Below, one piece after another: positions 26,869 through 35,865 of a stretch of 64,000 bases of DNA (position 1 is the stretch's first letter; every line of letters begins with the position of its first letter). Source of the DNA: Bryobacterales bacterium (GTDB taxonomy: Bacteria > Acidobacteriota > Terriglobia > Bryobacterales > UBA6623); contig OZ251486.1 in the NCBI GenBank assembly GCA_965242705.1, forward strand, positions 719,806-783,805. The letters are read 5' to 3'. Under the pieces are notes generated by a model. It made no database searches. It was not told the origin of the DNA and saw nothing but the letters and a program-made list of their open reading frames with translations. The translations under genes and the position numbers were made by a program.

Positions 26869-28104
26869 TTACGCGGCGGTACCGCCGCCGCCGGCGGCCT
26901 CGACCGCGCGCAGCAGCCGCATCGTATTGCCGCCGAGGATTTTCTCGATATCGCCGCCGCTGAAGCCGCGCCGGGCCAACCCGTCCGCGAGATTGGGGAT
27001 TTTCGAAATGTCTTCCATGCCCTCGGGCAACTCGTCGTTGACGCCGTCGAAATCCGACCCCATGCCGACGGCTTCGACGCCGCCGACGTTGACCGCGTGC
27101 TCGAAGTGGTCGAGCAACACCGCCAGCGGCGTCCGGCCGATCGCGGCCAGCTTGGCCGCCGAGCGAGCGCGAATCGCCTCGGCGGCCGCGGCCGGGTCGG
27201 ACTTGTGCCTGCGGCGGATGTCGGCTTCGCTCTCGTTGACGCGGCTCCAGGCGCTGCTGCGCGCGGCGTAATCGTCGTCGAGAAAAGCGTTGTAGTAGTT
27301 GATATGCATCACGCCGCCTTGCTCGGCCAGCGCGCGAATCATCGCGTCGGTCATGTTGCGCGGATGCTGCGCCAACGCACGGGCCGACGAATGCGAGGCC
27401 GTGACCGGCGTCCGGGACGCCTCCATGACGTCGAAAAAGGTCTTGTCCGAAACGTGGGAGATATCGATCATCATCCCCAGCCGATTCATTTCCGCTGCAA
27501 TCTCGCGCCCGAACTCGTTGAGACCCTTGTTTGTCCCGCTCCCCGACGACCCGGCCCAGGCCGTATCGCGGCTGTGCGTCAGCGTCAAATAGCGGCAGCC
27601 CAAGCGGTAGAACTCGCGCAGCGCGTCGAGCGAACCGTTGAGCATGTGGCCGCCTTCGACCCCCATCAGGACGGCGATTTTGCCCGACTGCTTGGCGCGC
27701 TCGATATCGGCCGCGGACGTGGCGGGCAGCAGGTCGTCGGGGAAACGCGCGGTCTCGCTGCGCACCATCTCGATCATCTCGAAAGCCTTGTCCGCAGCTT
27801 CGGGTTCCGTATTGCTGAAGGCGCTGGTGTAGATCGAAAAGAAAACCCCCGTCACGCCGCCCTTGCGCATGCGGGGAATATCGACCTGCGCGTAATCGTG
27901 CTCGACGCCGAGGTCGTAATCCTCGGCCATCATCACCGTCGGGGTGTCGCAGTGCAAGTCCAGGACGTACGACCGGCCGAGGACATCCGTTTCGTCCCCG
28001 CTGTCCGCGGCGGCTTCCGGGTTTGTTTCTTCGGGCGCGCGCGAACCGCAGGCAAGCGCGGCCCCGGCGAGACTCGCGGCCCATTCGCGGCGCGTCGGAT
28101 GCAT
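26869..28104 (-). CDS. membrane dipeptidase (peptidase M19)
   Basis: VLDLHCDTP..., HVSD and other M19 strings. N-terminal signal GAALACGS from the Met at 28104. Confidence 0.85.
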   Translation of the reverse strand: MHPTRREWAASLAGAALACGSRAPEETNPEAAADSGDETDVLGRSYVLDLHCDTPTVMMAEDYDLGVEHDYAQVDIPRMRKGGVTGVFFSIYTSAFSNTEPEAADKAFEMIEMVRSETARFPDDLLPATSAADIERAKQSGKIAVLMGVEGGHMLNGSLDALREFYRLGCRYLTLTHSRDTAWAGSSGSGTNKGLNEFGREIAAEMNRLGMMIDISHVSDKTFFDVMEASRTPVTASHSSARALAQHPRNMTDAMIRALAEQGGVMHINYYNAFLDDDYAARSSAWSRVNESEADIRRRHKSDPAAAAEAIRARSAAKLAAIGRTPLAVLLDHFEHAVNVGGVEAVGMGSDFDGVNDELPEGMEDISKIPNLADGLARRGFSGGDIEKILGGNTMRLLRAVEAAGGGGTAA

Positions 28105-28283
28105 ACGGCCATTATATCGGCAGGGGGCAAGCGAAAAGCCGCCGCCAATCGGCGAAACCCGCGGCGAGTTTGCGATCAGGCGGTGCCGGAGCAAGCGGCC
28201 GCCCTGCCCGCGGCGCCGGCGCGATACCGACCATCAGGCTGTGGCGGAAGCGCAATAGAGGGGCGCAGCGGCCCATCTTTCCA

Positions 28284-28325
28284 CGAAAACGGAACCGCCC
28301 GCCCCCGGAACTCGGGAGCGGGCGG
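28284..28325 (-). terminator. rho-independent terminator candidate for the TonB receptor gene
   Basis: CCGCCCGC (28295-28302) pairs with GCGGGCGG (28318-28325), with an inner CCCG/CGGG stem. On the minus strand it is followed by TTCCGTTTTCG. It lies 27 nt past the stop at 28352. Confidence 0.6.
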
Positions 28326-28351
28326 GTTGAAGGTTGCCTTGCGCAGGCCGG

Positions 28352-31300
28352 CTAAAAGATGAACTTGATGCCGAGCTGCAGATTGCGCGGGGTGCTGGCG
28401 CTGCTGATGATGCCGTAGTTGGCATTGCCGACGCGAGTATTCGGAGCGCCGAACTGCGGCGTGTTGGTGAAGTTGAACGCCTCGAAGCGGAACTGCGCCG
28501 AGTACTTTTCGCCGAACTGGAAGCTCTTGTAAGCCGAGAAGTCCCATTGCGCTCTGCCGGGAATGCGCAGGATGCCCTTGCCCGCGTTGCCGAAGGCCAA
28601 GGGTTGGTTGGGCGCCAAGGCCGCCGCGTTCCACCACTGGCTGGGGTCCGGGTTGTCAAGGTGAACATTCTGGCCGGCGACGACATCCGGACGGTCGAGG
28701 TGATTGAGATCGTTGATATTCGAACGGCTCGCGCCCTGGACGCCCGGCGTGGCGGGAGTCCCGCCCATCAAGGTGACGATGCTGCCGATCGACCAGCCGC
28801 CGAGCAGCGTCCGCTTGACGCCGGTGGCCTGCTTGAGGAAGGGCAATTCGTAAACGATGCTGCCGATCAGGCGGTGGCGGATGTCCTGCGGCGACGGGCC
28901 GCGCTCGTGGCTCAGATCGAGAACGTCCTTGACGATGCGCGCGTTCTCGCCGGGCGCGCCGCCGGAGCCCGGGATCGAGCGCCAGTCGCCGATGGCGTGC
29001 GACCACGTGTAGGAAACGATGTAGGTCATGCCCTGCGAGTAGCGTTTCTCGAGCTTGGTCTGCAAACCGTGGTAGAGCGAGTTCCAGCGGAACGAGTGCA
29101 TGTTGGAGCGGCCCAGAGTGATGCAGGAGCTGGGCACACCCATCGACTTCGCAGACTCGGTGCATTGTCCGTTCGGGTCGCTGCCCGGGTACGGCACGTC
29201 GCCGCGGGCTGCGGTAGGCACGAACGCCGTGCGCCACGGGCGCCGCTCGTTGATGCCGCCCGTCGGAGGAATCATCTTCTGCGTATAAGGGTCCCACACC
29301 GCTTCGCCCGGCCGCGGCACGTTCTCGTCCCAGCGACCCATCATGTGGTTCATCTTGTTGCCGAAGTAGCCGATCTCCCAGAGCGTATCGCCGGGCAGCG
29401 AGTACTGGACGTTGAAGTTCCAGTTCTGCGCCATCGGCCAGTCGGGGGCCGGCTCCCAGCCCGACATCTCGACCGCCGAGGCGTTCGCCGCGCTGATCGT
29501 GTCCGGCGGCATGCCCTTCTGGAACGGGAACTGCGCGGGATTGTTCGGAGCAGCGGACAAGCCCACCTTGAAGTGGAAGGGCGGTTGGGTTTCCTTGTAC
29601 TCGCCACCGCCGGTGTTCGAGAACGTGCCGTAGAAGATGCCGTAGGCCAAGCGGAACACGGTCTTGTCGTTGAACCTGTAGGCGATGCCCAAGCGCGGTC
29701 CGAAGTTGGTCGTGTCCGGCTCGGTCAGGCGGCGCGGAACGCCGTCCAGGCCGGCGATCTTGATCTCTCCCGGCGAGCCGCGCGGCCCGGGGTCGAAGTA
29801 GCCGATGCCGTCGCGGGTTTCCAGGAACGGCGGGTTGTACTCGTAACGCACGCCGAGGTTGAGGGTCAGCTTGTCGTTGACCTTCCAGTCGTCTTGCACG
29901 TAGAAGTGCTGGTAGGGCGAGCGCATATTCATGTAGATCGTGTCCGAGCCGCGGATGCCGTTGGCGGTGCCCAGCAGGAAGTCGGCGAAGCCGTCGCCGC
30001 CCGATCCTCCCACGGGCGCGCTGCGCGTGTAGTTCCGCGGGAAGGCCATCCTGCCCAGAGCCAACTGCGGGTTGACGATGCCGGTCTGCATGAAGAAAAT
30101 CTGCGCGCCGAATTTGACGGCGTGGTCGCCCTTCGTCCAGGTGTTATCGACCGAAACCTGCCGCGTCTGCGACTGAATCAGGTTGGGCGCCCAGTTGGAG
30201 TTTCCGAGAGCTTGGTAACCGCCGACTTCGAGAATGGCGAGGCCGCGCAGGTTCTCGTCGAACCCGGGCAGGCCGATCTCCTTGTTGATGTTGCCGGGAA
30301 CGTCGTCGTGGATTTCGGCGTCGGTGTCGAGATAGTTCCAGCCGAGGCGGACGTTTGAAATCAACGCCGGGCTCCAGACGCGGTTCCAGCCGAACACCGT
30401 GTTGTTGCTGGTTACGTCGAGGGAGTTGCCGCCGGGAACGAGTGAGCCGAATTGGGTGGCCGGCAGACGGGGGGTGCTTCCGCGATTCTGCTGCTGACTG
30501 CTCCAGCGCGCGAACAGATTGTCTTTGTCCGACAGGTTGTGGTCCCAACGGATGTCCCACTTGCTGAAGTCCTGGTTGCGGGGCGTCTGGTGGGTAATGT
30601 TTCGGGTCAGGCTGTCATTATCCGGGTTGGGATAAAAATCCCTGGCGATATTCGAAATCGGGTCGAACCGCGCGGCCGGGATGATCTGATTGGCAAAAGG
30701 CTGCCGCTCATTGGCAACGGCGCCCTCGGCGGTAAACGGATCGTAGATCGTGTTGGAGAGCTGGGAAAAGTCGCCTTGCCGCATGAGCGCCGTCGGAATC
30801 GTCGATACGAACGTCGAAGTCTCGCGGATGTCGGTCAACTCCATGTCGCCGAAGAGGAACGACTTGTTGCGCTTGATCGGGCCGCCGACGGCGAAGCCGT
30901 ACTGCTTGCGGCCGAACTGCGCCTTCTCGCCGGGCGCGAAGTAGGGTTTGGCGTCCATGACCTCGTCGCGCATGAAGAAAAAGCCCGTGCCGTGCAGGTC
31001 GTTGGTGCCCGACTTGATGGCCAGCGAGACGATGCCGGAAGACGACTTGCCGTATTCGGCGGAGAAGCCGTTGGTGATGACCTTGAACTCGGCCACGGCA
31101 TCGACCGAGGGTTTGACGGTTTCCTTCTGCGCGCCCTGCGAGGCGATGGACTGGTTGTTGTTGTCCATGCCGTCGATCATGAAGTTGATTTCGGTGCCGC
31201 GCTGGCCGCCGATGGAAATGCCCTGGCCGCGGGAGACCACCGTGCCCGCCGAGATCACGGCGAGTTGCAGGTAGTCGCGCCCGTTGAGCGGCAGATCGAC

Positions 31301-31738
31301 GATCTGGCGGTTTTCGATGACCGTGCCGGCCGAAGCCTCGGTGGTTTGCAGCAGCGGCGCGGAGGCCTCGACCTCGATGACCTCGGTCACCGCGCCGACT
31401 TCGAGGGCGACGTTCAATTCGCGAACGTCGCCGATGGACAGGGTGATGCCCGACCCGGAGTAGGCCTTGAAACCGTCGGCCTCGACGACGACGATGTAGT
31501 TGCCGATTCGCAGCGGATTCGAGCGGTAGTTGCCGCTTTCGTTGGTTTCCGACGTATAGACGGTGCCCGTCTCAACGTGGTTGAAGGTCACGGTCACGCC
31601 CGGAATGACGGCGCCCGTGGTGTCCGAAACCGTGCCCACGATCAGCGCCGTGTCGGCCTGCTGCGCCGGGGCGAACGGAGCCGCCGCAAGCAACAGGGCA
31701 AGCGCTGCGAGCAGGCAGCGGAATTGCGATTTTTTCAT
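28352..31738 (-). CDS. TonB-dependent receptor with N-terminal carboxypeptidase-regulatory-like domain
   Basis: Signal peptide MKKSQFRCLLAALALLLAAAPFAPAQ. GTVSDTTGAVIPGVTVTF...GNYRS is CarboxypepD_reg-like. The plug and barrel end in LQLGIKFIF. Confidence 0.88.
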   Translation of the reverse strand: MKKSQFRCLLAALALLLAAAPFAPAQQADTALIVGTVSDTTGAVIPGVTVTFNHVETGTVYTSETNESGNYRSNPLRIGNYIVVVEADGFKAYSGSGITLSIGDVRELNVALEVGAVTEVIEVEASAPLLQTTEASAGTVIENRQIVDLPLNGRDYLQLAVISAGTVVSRGQGISIGGQRGTEINFMIDGMDNNNQSIASQGAQKETVKPSVDAVAEFKVITNGFSAEYGKSSSGIVSLAIKSGTNDLHGTGFFFMRDEVMDAKPYFAPGEKAQFGRKQYGFAVGGPIKRNKSFLFGDMELTDIRETSTFVSTIPTALMRQGDFSQLSNTIYDPFTAEGAVANERQPFANQIIPAARFDPISNIARDFYPNPDNDSLTRNITHQTPRNQDFSKWDIRWDHNLSDKDNLFARWSSQQQNRGSTPRLPATQFGSLVPGGNSLDVTSNNTVFGWNRVWSPALISNVRLGWNYLDTDAEIHDDVPGNINKEIGLPGFDENLRGLAILEVGGYQALGNSNWAPNLIQSQTRQVSVDNTWTKGDHAVKFGAQIFFMQTGIVNPQLALGRMAFPRNYTRSAPVGGSGGDGFADFLLGTANGIRGSDTIYMNMRSPYQHFYVQDDWKVNDKLTLNLGVRYEYNPPFLETRDGIGYFDPGPRGSPGEIKIAGLDGVPRRLTEPDTTNFGPRLGIAYRFNDKTVFRLAYGIFYGTFSNTGGGEYKETQPPFHFKVGLSAAPNNPAQFPFQKGMPPDTISAANASAVEMSGWEPAPDWPMAQNWNFNVQYSLPGDTLWEIGYFGNKMNHMMGRWDENVPRPGEAVWDPYTQKMIPPTGGINERRPWRTAFVPTAARGDVPYPGSDPNGQCTESAKSMGVPSSCITLGRSNMHSFRWNSLYHGLQTKLEKRYSQGMTYIVSYTWSHAIGDWRSIPGSGGAPGENARIVKDVLDLSHERGPSPQDIRHRLIGSIVYELPFLKQATGVKRTLLGGWSIGSIVTLMGGTPATPGVQGASRSNINDLNHLDRPDVVAGQNVHLDNPDPSQWWNAAALAPNQPLAFGNAGKGILRIPGRAQWDFSAYKSFQFGEKYSAQFRFEAFNFTNTPQFGAPNTRVGNANYGIISSASTPRNLQLGIKFIF

Positions 31739-31960
31739 CGGTAAAGTCTCCTCCTCAAAACGCTGTCGGGGAGGCGTTCGAGCTCCTTCGCAAGTGAAGA
31801 AACGGACTCGAAACAACCTGCGGGCTTCCCATCCCGCACCCCAACAAGCTCACTCGAAGAACAATGGAACACATTGCCCGTCCGCTTGTCAACGCCTTCG
31901 CCGAAATTTTTTTTGGCGAGGACATTTTGCTGCGCCGGAGCAGGCCGCCGGCGGCGGAAG

Positions 31961-32245
31961 CTACGCCGCGCTTTTTGCAGCCCGTTTGCGCGCCTGGGCC
32001 GAGTCGTACGCCGCCTGCATGCGCAGCCATGTTTCGGCGGTTGACCACCCTTGCCGTTCGAGTTTTGCAGCCAGCGCCGGAGATATCCCCGTCTCCCGAT
32101 CGAGCAGGCGCAAGAGAGAACTGCGCGTTACGCCCAACTTTTCAGCCGCTTCAGCGGCGCTCAGCGAAACGTCGCCGAGGATGTCGCGGACAATTCCGCC
32201 GGGATGCGGCGGGTTGGCCATTGGGCCGATTTTTTCGATGCTCAT
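31961..32245 (-). CDS. higA: HigA-family antitoxin (XRE HTH)
   Basis: PPHPGGIVRDILGDVSLSAAEAAEKLGVTRSSLLRLL...WLRMQAAYD is the canonical HigA/VapI layout. Confidence 0.85.
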   Translation of the reverse strand: MSIEKIGPMANPPHPGGIVRDILGDVSLSAAEAAEKLGVTRSSLLRLLDRETGISPALAAKLERQGWSTAETWLRMQAAYDSAQARKRAAKSAA

Positions 32246-32263
32246 GTTTCGCTTGCCTCTTTT

Positions 32264-32545
32264 CTAATGGTAGTCGGTCAACTCCACATCGTAGGCGTCT
32301 CCGTTTTTGAAGCGGAACACGATACGCCAATTGCCGGAGATGCGGACGCTCCAAGAACCGGCTCTCTTCCCCTTCAATGAGTGCAGTCGATATCCGGGAA
32401 CCGACATGGCTTTCAGGTCAGTAGCGGAGTTCAACAGCAGTAGAATCTTCGCGACTCGATCTGCAAGGGGTTGGGGAACGCGCCGCTTGTCGTCCAACTC
32501 AAAAAATCGTTGCAGCCAACGCTGCTTGAAGCTGCGTATCGCCAA
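32264..32545 (-). CDS. higB: HigB toxin (RelE/ParE superfamily, plasmid maintenance killer)
   Basis: (M)AIRSFKQRWLQRFFELDDKRR...YRLHSLKGKRAGSWSVRISGNWRIVFRFKNGDAYDVELTDYH. Probable TTG start at 32545, giving 93 aa. The track ORF to 32686 is over-extended. Confidence 0.8.
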   Translation of the reverse strand: MAIRSFKQRWLQRFFELDDKRRVPQPLADRVAKILLLLNSATDLKAMSVPGYRLHSLKGKRAGSWSVRISGNWRIVFRFKNGDAYDVELTDYH

Positions 32546-32585
32546 CCGAAATTCATAGCACGGCCGCGGCTCGGCGTGTCCGGCA

Positions 32586-32681
32586 TCGGAGCGCCTCGGT
32601 TGGAGCACAGCCGAACACTGGCTGCGCCTGCAAGCGAATTTCGATCTCGCGCAAGCGCGGCAGAAGCAAGCCGCAGCCTGA
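32586..32681 (+). pseudogene. degenerate C-terminal fragment of a second HigA-like antitoxin, inverted relative to higBA
   Basis: The plus frame reads SERLGWSTAEHWLRLQANFDLAQARQKQAAA* and parallels the intact HigA tail ERQGWSTAETWLRMQAAYDSAQARKRAAKSAA. No HTH part or start codon is present. Confidence 0.5.
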
Positions 32682-32746
32682 AACAACGACGGGCGGACGG
32701 GTTGCCGCGCCGAGATTGCCCGCCGCTTGCCGTGCTTGGCGGTCCC

Positions 32747-32995
32747 TTATGGAAAGAAGACCAGCTTGGCCAACAAAGCGAATATCACGGGGAGAAAGGT
32801 GAAAGCCGCGAATTTGAGCACCGCAATATCCTGTTTCAACTCGGCGACATCCTGCTTGGTGGCCATATCGGCGATATCATGCTTGGCGGCCATATCCCGC
32901 GCCGCGGGTATCGCCGCCGCGGCGGCCCTGGCCTGCTCTTTGGGAGCGCCGGCGCTCACAAGCGCTTCGTAAACTTCGCTGACCATCAAGCCCAT
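32747..32995 (-). CDS. small tail-anchored coiled-coil protein, DUF1640-like
   Basis: EALVSAGAPKEQARAAA...ATKQDVAELKQDIAVLK followed by a hydrophobic C-terminus, which resembles the DUF1640 pattern as I recall it. The start is uncertain. Confidence 0.5.
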   Translation of the reverse strand: MGLMVSEVYEALVSAGAPKEQARAAAAAIPAARDMAAKHDIADMATKQDVAELKQDIAVLKFAAFTFLPVIFALLAKLVFFP

Positions 32996-33047
32996 GATTT
33001 TATCCCAGCGCATAAAATCGGAGCAACGCAACGCGCCGGCCGCGCCG

Positions 33048-34082
33048 CTACAGGCGGACGACTTCGCCTTTGCCGGCCGATTCGTAAACCGCCTCCACGA
33101 CGGCGAGCGTCTTCAAATAGTCGTCCCCCGTGCTCTCGAAAGGCTCGCCGCTCAGCAGGCAGTCGATGAAATGCCGCTGCAAAGCGTACACGCAATCGCC
33201 GGCGAAACCCCTGTTCCCGCGAGAATAGGCGATGTCCGCGGCGGGCCGGCCCAGCGGCTTGAGCCGCAGATTCGCTTCCGTATCCAACTCCAGGGAGCCG
33301 CCCGCGGCGTCGATGCGCATCCGCCCGAAGGTGTAGCGCGGGTCTGCCGCCTCGACCTCGTTGTAGCGGTTGGCGTCGAGGGTCGCCGTCGCCCCGTTCT
33401 CGAACTTGAGGAAAACCTGCCCGGCGTCCTCGCCCCGGATGGCCGGGTTCAGCCGCCGCAAATGGGCGTAAACTTCGCGCGCATCGCCCAGCAGGTAGCG
33501 GAACACGTCGATGAAGTGGACGCCCGTTTCGTAGATCAGCAGCCGGGGATACGAGCGGAAGAAGGGCTGCCGGGAAAGATAAGCCTCGCGGCCCCAGCCG
33601 TCGCCGGTCCTCAGGCAGAAATGGACGTGGGTGAATTCGCCGATCGTTCCTTCGCGCTGCACCGCCTTGATGCGCCGATACCAGGGCTGCCGGCGAAAAT
33701 TTTCGTGAACCATGAAGCGCACTCCGCGCGTTGCCTCGACGATCCGCCGGCTCGCGGCAAGCGTGGGCGCGAGCGGTTTCTGGCAAACGACGTGGACGCC
33801 CCGCTCGGCGGCGTAGGCGCAAATCTCGGCGTGGGTCTCGGGAGGCGTGACGATATCGACGAAGTCCGGCCGCTCGCGGTCGATCATCTCGCGCCAATCG
33901 GCGTAGTAGCGCGCGATGCCGTAGGCGGCCATCTTCTCGCGCGCCTTGCTTTCGGTGCGGTTGTGAACGGCGGTCAAGGCGACTTCGGGAATCCGCGTCC
34001 AGGCCTCGTAGTGGAAATCGGAAAAATAGCCGGCCCCGACGGCAACCGCCTTGAACGGCGCGCGCATGGTTTTGACAGGCAT
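33048..34082 (-). CDS. Gfo/Idh/MocA family oxidoreductase
   Basis: FKAVAVGAGYFSDFHYEAW N-terminal Rossmann segment, 344 aa, typical family architecture. Confidence 0.8.
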   Translation of the reverse strand: MPVKTMRAPFKAVAVGAGYFSDFHYEAWTRIPEVALTAVHNRTESKAREKMAAYGIARYYADWREMIDRERPDFVDIVTPPETHAEICAYAAERGVHVVCQKPLAPTLAASRRIVEATRGVRFMVHENFRRQPWYRRIKAVQREGTIGEFTHVHFCLRTGDGWGREAYLSRQPFFRSYPRLLIYETGVHFIDVFRYLLGDAREVYAHLRRLNPAIRGEDAGQVFLKFENGATATLDANRYNEVEAADPRYTFGRMRIDAAGGSLELDTEANLRLKPLGRPAADIAYSRGNRGFAGDCVYALQRHFIDCLLSGEPFESTGDDYLKTLAVVEAVYESAGKGEVVRL

Positions 34083-34673
34083 ATTCCCGCTATGGTAGCC
34101 TTCGGTTTGGGCGGAGCCCGCCCGGGAAATTTATTGGAGGGCATCAACCATGCGCGAAGGCGGCGCCGGCGTCTGAATACGGGCGTTACAGGCTTCGCAG
34201 CGGTGCATGATACCGTCGCCGCTTTCATTGGCGTTGCCGTCAGCATAGTTCTCGCTGCCCGCCGGTTGAGACGCCAACGCAAGCTCGCTGCTCAACGCGC
34301 AGCGCTGGACCTCATCTCCAGATTCGAGATACGCAACCAGCGTTGGGTGGAGCTTCGATAACGAATTCGTTGCTCTGCGCAGCAAAAACGACTTGGGGCC
34401 GCTTGCGAATGCCTCAAGGAGGCTATACCCGTGCTTGGAACGACGCCCGCGCGTTTGTAGCTGACATGCGGCAGATGCGAAAGAATTCTAATCTTTTCAA
34501 GCATTTCGAGGAATTAGCCAAGAAATGGAACAACGAGAGGCGGCGTAGAGAATCCCAGTCGTAAAGACCGCCCCAACCCGGGTATTTCGATACAACGGTG
34601 CGGCCGCACGGTTTTCGAAGTCCGCGTTGCGCCGCGGCGCGCGCAGATACTACATTGTCAGGAACCGCCCGGC

Positions 34674-35471
34674 ATGGAATTCGCCCGCATCGACGACGTC
34701 GTGCTCAGCTTTCGACGGGACGGCCCGCGCGCGGCGCCGGCGCTCGTCTTCGCGAACTCGCTGGGAACCGATTACCGCATCTGGGACGATACGGTCGAAG
34801 CGCTGGGCGGCCGCTTCCATGCCGTGCGTTACGACAAGCGCGGCCACGGCCTATCGAGTTGGCCCGCCGCGGAAGCCTGCACGATCGCCGACCACGCCGC
34901 AGACTTGGCGGGACTGCTCGACCTGCTGGGCATCGAGCGGGCCGTCGTGTGCGGCCTTTCGATTGGAGGAATGATCGCGCAGCAGCTTGCCGCGGACCGT
35001 CCCGGCCTCGTGCGCGCGTTGATTTTGTGCGGCACGGCGGCGGCAATCGGTCCGCCGGAAATCTGGGATGCGCGCATCCGTCAGGTGCGCGAGACGGGAC
35101 TCGCGCCGCCGGCGGAGACGATCCTCGAACGCTGGTTCGGCGCAACCTACCGCCGCCGCCATGCGCAACAGTTGGCGGGCTGGGCGGCCATGTTGAGCCG
35201 CGTCCCGCCGGAAGGCTATATCGGCTCGTGCGCGGCCCTGCGCGACGCCGACCTGACCGCCTCGACGGCGGGGCTGCGCATACCGGCGATGTGCGTTTGC
35301 GGCTCGGAGGACACGCCCACTCCGCCGCACGCGGTCCGTTCGCTGGCGGCTCTGATCCCCGGCGCGCGCTTCGAGACGATCGAGGGCGCCGGCCATCTCT
35401 CATGCATCGAAAACCCCGCCGATCTCGCGGGTCTCATCGCCGACTTCGCGGAGGAACACAACCTTGTCTGA
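34674..35471 (+). CDS. pcaD: 3-oxoadipate enol-lactonase
   Basis: Alpha/beta hydrolase (VFANSLGTDYRIWD, GLSIGG nucleophile elbow), directly coupled to pcaC. Confidence 0.85.
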   Translation: MEFARIDDVVLSFRRDGPRAAPALVFANSLGTDYRIWDDTVEALGGRFHAVRYDKRGHGLSSWPAAEACTIADHAADLAGLLDLLGIERAVVCGLSIGGMIAQQLAADRPGLVRALILCGTAAAIGPPEIWDARIRQVRETGLAPPAETILERWFGATYRRRHAQQLAGWAAMLSRVPPEGYIGSCAALRDADLTASTAGLRIPAMCVCGSEDTPTPPHAVRSLAALIPGARFETIEGAGHLSCIENPADLAGLIADFAEEHNLV

Positions 35472-35865
35472 CGACCGATTCGCCAAAGGCATGAAAGTCC
35501 GCCGCGAAGTGCTCGGCGACGCCCGCGTGGATCGCGCCCAAGCGCGCACGACGGACTTCGACGAAGCATTCCAGCGCTACATTACGGAATCGGCTTGGGG
35601 CGCCGTCTGGGATCGCCCCAATCTCGACCGGCGAACGCGCAGCCTGATCACCATCGCGCTGCTGGGCGCGCTGGGCTGCCGCGAAGAGTTGCAGATGCAC
35701 GTCCGCGCCGCGCGCAACACGGGCGCCTCGCCGCAAGAGACGGCCGAAGCGCTGTTGCACGTCGCGGTCTATGCCGGCGTCCCGGCAGCCAACCGGGCTT
35801 TCGCCGCGGCCAAAGAAGTTTACGAAGAGATGGGGATACCTACCCGCGAAGGCGGCGCGCCATGA
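35464..35865 (+). CDS. pcaC: 4-carboxymuconolactone decarboxylase
   Basis: GMKVRREVLGDARVDRA...ESAWGAVWDRPNLDRRTRSLITIA is the CMD family signature. TTG start with an 8-nt overlap with pcaD. Confidence 0.85.
   Translation: MSDDRFAKGMKVRREVLGDARVDRAQARTTDFDEAFQRYITESAWGAVWDRPNLDRRTRSLITIALLGALGCREELQMHVRAARNTGASPQETAEALLHVAVYAGVPAANRAFAAAKEVYEEMGIPTREGGAP

Noticed and set aside
31739-31960. Riboswitch (for example cobalamin) or a defined promoter in the 5' region of the TonB-dependent receptor. A TTGACA hexamer lies on the minus strand at 31887-31892.
   Set aside because: No B12-box or other riboswitch core is recognisable by eye. The TTGACA has no convincing -10 partner at 16-18 nt. Promoter consensus for this lineage is unknown to me.
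34131-34385. 84-aa minus-strand ORF in the pca upstream spacer.
   Set aside because: It has no RBS, an odd composition, and only a half zinc-ribbon (HRCEACN). I treat it as probably non-coding or debris and mention it only within the spacer finding.
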